DNA of 64,000 bases from an uncultured Gammaproteobacteria bacterium. GTDB taxonomy: Bacteria; Pseudomonadota; Gammaproteobacteria; Xanthomonadales; Rhodanobacteraceae. The notes below the pieces were generated by a model. That model saw only the letters and a list, made by a program, of their open reading frames with translations. It was not told the DNA's origin and did no database searches. Position 1 is the stretch's first letter, and each line of letters begins with the position of its first letter. The DNA lies in NCBI GenBank assembly GCA_963765335.1, contig CAVXWA010000010.1:187920-251919 (forward strand), read 5' to 3'. The translations under genes were made by a program, and so were the position numbers. Below, one piece after another: positions 59,665 to 64,000 of this stretch.

Positions 59665-61977
59665 TTACGAGGTTTTTTTCAGCAACGCCGTCAGTTGATC
59701 GAGTTGCGCACGGTAGCGGTCGAGCACCTTGGCGGTAACGACTGCGTACTGATTGGCCTCATTCCAGCGGCGCGCTTCGACGGCTTCGCGAACACCGGGC
59801 ACAGTCTTCACGCCATAGCCGGTCAACATGCCGGGCGCATAGATCATGTGCTTGAACCACGGGCGCGTGGGCAGGCCGGCCGGGTCGCTCAAAGCCTGCT
59901 CCATCTGCCCCATCAGCGCATTCAACTGGCGCTGCTGTGCGGCGGGCATGTCAAAGCCGGTACTGGCGCGTTCCTTGTACGCAACCTCGTAGGCCTGGGC
60001 GCTTTGCTTCAGCTGCTTTGCGGCCTGATCCAGCGGGGCGAGATTGATGTCCGCCACGTCGGAATCGCGCGCGGGTGGCGCAATCTGACGGGTCGGATCA
60101 GCGGCCAGCTCAAACGCATGCTGATCGAGCAACTGGTGCTGCTCCTGGGTGTCCGTGCGGGTGTCGTCGACCAGCTTGTGCAACTCGTCGACGTAGCGAT
60201 CCAGCGTGTCGCTGAAATCGCCGAAGCGCATCGGCACGACGCTGGCGTCAGCCGTGCGCAACACGATGTGGCCAGCCACCTTGGACAAAGCCACGCCGTA
60301 CTCGAACGTCGGATCGCCGAAGCGCGCGTAGTGATCGAACGAGTCGTAGCGCGAATGGTAAATGCCGGCGTTGTCGTCCTCGCCGCTGAAGCCAAGGTCG
60401 AGCGAGGCGACGCCGAGATGCTCGAGGAAGGCGCTGAAGTCCGAACCCGAACCCAGGGCCTCGATTGGCAGGTCGCCGCCCTGCGCCGCCAGCTTGGCGT
60501 CATCCTTCTCCCCGGGACTGGCATTCTTGCCGTTGCCCTTCACCAGCATGCGAGCGCGCATGCGTTCGCGCACGCTTACCTTGGTTTCCGGGTCGGTCAC
60601 GCCCGCCGCCACCTGGTTGACCAGATGCTGCAGCGAGTGACTGCCGCCAGCATTCAAGAAACCACGGCCGTTGGTATCCGAGTTGAGGTACAGCACGGCC
60701 TTCTGCTGCAACTCCTTGGCATGCGTCTCGGCCCATTCAGTCGATCCGAGCAGGCCCGGCTCTTCGCCGTCCCAGCTGGCGTAGACCAGGGTGCGCTTCG
60801 GCCGCCAGCCCTCCTTGTACAGCGCGCCAATGGCCTTTGCTTCGGCTAACAGGGCGACATTGCCGGCCAGCGGGTCCCATGCACCGAATACCCAACCGTC
60901 ATGATGATTGCCGCGCACAATCCACTGGTCGGGCTCGCTGGAACCGGTGATCGTGGCGATCACGTCGTATACGGGCTTCTGTCCCCAATCCGACAGCACC
61001 GTCATATGCACGGGAGCCGAGCTGGGACCGATGTGGTAGGTCAGCGGCAAGGAACCGCGCCAGCCCGACGGTGCCATGGGCCCCGTCAGCGACTGCAACA
61101 GTGGTGTGGCGTCTGCATAGGAAATCGGCAGCACCGGAATCTTCAGAATCGTTTTCGCATCCTTGAGCGCCAGCCGCTTGGCACCCGGCGTCGAACCAAT
61201 GCCCGGCGTCAGCGGATCGCCCGGGTATTGCTGCATGTCGGCGACCGAACCACGCTGCACGCCATCGGCCGGACGCCAGCCACCGTTCGGATAGGTATCG
61301 CCCTCGCCGTAGCCGTCATCGCGCGGATCGGAATAAATCAGGCAGCCTACGGCGCCGTGCTCCTGCGCCAGCTTGGGCTTGAGCCCACGCCAGCCGCCGC
61401 CATAGCGCGTAATGACGATCTTTCCACGCACGTCGATGCCGCGGCGGGCCAGCTCTTTGTAATCGTCGGGCATGCCGTAGTTGACATAGACGAGAGGCGC
61501 CGTGATGTCGCCGTCACCGCCATACACGTTATACGGCGGCAGCACACCTTCCTTGATGCTCGAGGTGGCATCGCCATCCACGGCCGGCTCGTTCAACTTG
61601 GCGGTGTAGGGATGCGGGCCCTGCAATTCCAGTGCAACCTTCTTCGGCGTGGGATACAGCACGCTGAAGGTTTCGATATGCGCGTCCCAACCCCACTCGC
61701 GGAACTTCGCCAGCATGAACTCGGCATTGGCCTTGTCATGCGGCGCGCCTACCTGGTTCGGCTCGGACGACATCTGCTTGAGCCAGGCCCGCTGGTCGGC
61801 GGGGTCGAGCTGCGCGTCGAAGCGTTGCTCGAGGCTACGCTGGTCGTTTGCGCCGAACGGCGTAAACCCAAGCATGCCGCCGTCACCGTGACCTTCTTCG
61901 CCACTCGCCATGGTGCTGCCAAATATTGCCAGCAAGCAGGCCACCGTCAGCAGCGGCCGCATCTTCAATCGAGTCAT
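59665..61977 (-). CDS. M28 glutamate carboxypeptidase II-like peptidase (PA and TfR dimerisation domains)
   Basis: VYVNYG, VQRGSV, GNHHDGW, WDGEE, GSGSDF, YHSRYD, RPWFKH. Confidence 0.93.
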   Translation of the reverse strand: MTRLKMRPLLTVACLLAIFGSTMASGEEGHGDGGMLGFTPFGANDQRSLEQRFDAQLDPADQRAWLKQMSSEPNQVGAPHDKANAEFMLAKFREWGWDAHIETFSVLYPTPKKVALELQGPHPYTAKLNEPAVDGDATSSIKEGVLPPYNVYGGDGDITAPLVYVNYGMPDDYKELARRGIDVRGKIVITRYGGGWRGLKPKLAQEHGAVGCLIYSDPRDDGYGEGDTYPNGGWRPADGVQRGSVADMQQYPGDPLTPGIGSTPGAKRLALKDAKTILKIPVLPISYADATPLLQSLTGPMAPSGWRGSLPLTYHIGPSSAPVHMTVLSDWGQKPVYDVIATITGSSEPDQWIVRGNHHDGWVFGAWDPLAGNVALLAEAKAIGALYKEGWRPKRTLVYASWDGEEPGLLGSTEWAETHAKELQQKAVLYLNSDTNGRGFLNAGGSHSLQHLVNQVAAGVTDPETKVSVRERMRARMLVKGNGKNASPGEKDDAKLAAQGGDLPIEALGSGSDFSAFLEHLGVASLDLGFSGEDDNAGIYHSRYDSFDHYARFGDPTFEYGVALSKVAGHIVLRTADASVVPMRFGDFSDTLDRYVDELHKLVDDTRTDTQEQHQLLDQHAFELAADPTRQIAPPARDSDVADINLAPLDQAAKQLKQSAQAYEVAYKERASTGFDMPAAQQRQLNALMGQMEQALSDPAGLPTRPWFKHMIYAPGMLTGYGVKTVPGVREAVEARRWNEANQYAVVTAKVLDRYRAQLDQLTALLKKTS

Positions 61978-62309
61978 GCCGTTCTTCACTCCCCAGGGGT
62001 TGATGGTCACGCAGTTGATCGCGCCGGCTCAAGCCGGCGCAGCAGCCTTCATCGCATAAGCACCTGACCGTCATCCCGGCAGCTTTCAACCACGGGGTCG
62101 CGGGCCAAGCCGGGATGTCGACAGGTTCCAATCATCCCTGACCATCCACTTATAGCTTGCACGACCCTTAAGCCGCCGTAGGGCAGAAGTCATGCCCGCC
62201 GGTATCCGGGGCTCTGATCACATAGGCCGCAGACCTGCCATCGCCGACCTTGCCGGATCGCCAGGCCATCATGGCCGCGATGGATGGCCCCCTGCGCGTT
62301 GTCATCGAC

Positions 62310-63182
62310 TCATAGAATCGAATCGGCGACTTGGGTCGGGCTTAGCCCCAATACCCGACGCATGCAGCGGGCCATGTGGCTCGGGTCTGCGAAGCCCGCT
62401 TCCAGCGCAATCTCCGTCAGGCTCCTGCCCCCTTCGAGCAGGCGCGTGCGCGCGCGCTCTACGCGCCGTTCGAGCACGAAGCGATGGGCCGGCATGCCTA
62501 CCGCTTGTTTGAACAGCGGCTTGAAGTGCGACAGGCTGAAGCCCGCCACGCCGGCAAGCTCGGCCAGCGCGAGGTCTTCATCGAGATGCGCCTCGATGTA
62601 CTCGATCACGTGGCGCAGCCGCCATGCCGGCAATGCGCGCCCCGGTTTGGAGACCGAACCTGCCTGGCGCGATTGCAACGCAAGCAGGCGCGCGGCGAGC
62701 GCAGAGGCCAGGCCGTCCGCGAATAGCCGCCCGCCCGGATACGCATCATGGTCTTCGGCTTGCATGATCCAACCGATGCGTTCGATCTGGGGGTCGCGAA
62801 TATGGATCGAAGGTGCGAGTTCCGCTCCTCGTGAGCCCAGGCCCATCGCATCCGCGGTATCCAGCATCAGCGACGGTGTCAGCCGTAGCAGCAATGATCG
62901 CGCCGGCCGCGACAGCGTCCAGCGAGTGCTCGCGCCTGCGGGTACGACGCAGAACTGGCCGTGGATGCGAACGCCCCGCCGTTCGCCATGACCCGCGCGA
63001 TAGGACACCGGGACCGGATCGCCCAGATGCAGGCAGAGCACATGGCGGCTGTCCCGCGGTGAATCGAACAATCCGGAAGGAACCGGCGAGGTGAGCACGT
63101 CGAGCAGCGGCAAGCGCTCCGGACCGACGCTAGACAGCAGCGCAGCCGGCGGGCCGGGGTAGCACGAAGGTCGGTCGGTCAT
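62310..63182 (-). CDS. AraC family transcriptional regulator
   Basis: C-terminal LAELA..AGFS.SHF, IALEAGFAD.SH double HTH. Confidence 0.93.
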   Translation of the reverse strand: MTDRPSCYPGPPAALLSSVGPERLPLLDVLTSPVPSGLFDSPRDSRHVLCLHLGDPVPVSYRAGHGERRGVRIHGQFCVVPAGASTRWTLSRPARSLLLRLTPSLMLDTADAMGLGSRGAELAPSIHIRDPQIERIGWIMQAEDHDAYPGGRLFADGLASALAARLLALQSRQAGSVSKPGRALPAWRLRHVIEYIEAHLDEDLALAELAGVAGFSLSHFKPLFKQAVGMPAHRFVLERRVERARTRLLEGGRSLTEIALEAGFADPSHMARCMRRVLGLSPTQVADSIL

Positions 63183-63328
63183 GGCGCGATCCTTCTACCC
63201 GCCTGCGTCAAGTTCAAGTGCCGAAAATCATCCGTCTGTACCCAGCGCCAGCCGTTTGTGCGCGCACCATGGCAAGGCCAGTGCCAGCATGCCCCCAGGC
63301 CACAGCACGCATCGCCTGGAGACGTGGA

Positions 63329-64000
63329 ATGAAACGTAGACAGTTCTTGAAATTGACCGGTGCCACCGTCGTCGCTGGTGTCGCCGCCCCGCTGTTGTCG
63401 CGCGTGAGTACAGCGCGTGATGCGCTGAACGCCAGTCTTTCGCGGCCGACCAACGCGGCGGCCTTCGCGGCAGCGCGGCGTTATGCAGATCTCCCGTTCG
63501 GCAAGATCGCCTATGTCGCGCGCGGTTCGGGCGATGCGGCCTTGTTTCTGCACGGCGCCCCGCTCAACGGCTTTCAGTGGCGCGGCGCCATCGATCGGCT
63601 GTCCGCCTACCGGCGATGCGTTGCTCCGGACTTCATGGGTCTCGGGTACTCGCAGATTCCCGAGCATCAATCGCTGGCACCCAGCGCCCAGGTCGCCATG
63701 CTTGCGGCATTGCTCGACTCACTCGCCATCGCGAAGGTCGATATCGTCGCCAGCGATAGTGGTGGCGCGGTCGCCCAGCTGTTTGTGGCCCGCTATCCGG
63801 GGCGCGTCCGAACCCTGTTGCTGACGAATGGCGATGTAGAGCCTGACAGTCCCCCGCCCAAGGTCAAGCCGGCGATCAACATGGCGCGTGCCGGAACGCT
63901 GGCGGATGCCACCGCCCAGTGGCTTACCGACAAGGCGTTGGCGCGCTCGACCTTCGGCGCGGCCGTCTATCGCGACCCCAGCCAGTTCGCCGACGAGACC
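63329..64000 (+). CDS. Alpha/beta hydrolase with Tat signal (runs off window end)
   Basis: Manual translation MKRRQFLKL..., LFLHGAP, APDFMGLG, ASDSGG; divergent from the AraC gene. Confidence 0.88.
   Translation, partial: MKRRQFLKLTGATVVAGVAAPLLSRVSTARDALNASLSRPTNAAAFAAARRYADLPFGKIAYVARGSGDAALFLHGAPLNGFQWRGAIDRLSAYRRCVAPDFMGLGYSQIPEHQSLAPSAQVAMLAALLDSLAIAKVDIVASDSGGAVAQLFVARYPGRVRTLLLTNGDVEPDSPPPKVKPAINMARAGTLADATAQWLTDKALARSTFGAAVYRDPSQFADET

Overview
GC-rich gammaproteobacterial chromosomal segment. Gene content and repeats suggest Xanthomonadales (Rhodanobacteraceae/Dyella-like); this is an inference. It is mostly housekeeping and accessory genes: tandem cold-shock genes, pldA, slyD, dacB, metNIQ, pncB, yajQ, osmC, DAHP synthase, trxC, selO, RNA-modifying enzymes, yaeQ and peptidases. 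No rRNA, tRNA, CRISPR array or transposase was recognised. Main findings: (1) A coupled three-gene cassette at 55317-57418 encodes a membrane-anchored atypical receiver domain, an ADP-ribosyltransferase-like protein and an all-helical immunity-like protein. It abuts a decayed 2H-phosphoesterase gene and is a candidate undescribed toxin/defence system. (2) A ribosome-mediated attenuator with a Tyr-Phe-Trp-Tyr leader peptide lies upstream of DAHP synthase. (3) A four-hairpin sRNA or leader with C-rich loops lies upstream of pncB. (4) Two MITE families are present; one interrupts genes and carries a nested 45-bp module. (5) The nfeD/SPFH pair is heavily frameshifted, probably a sequencing artefact. 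All family assignments come from motifs read by eye, not from database searches.
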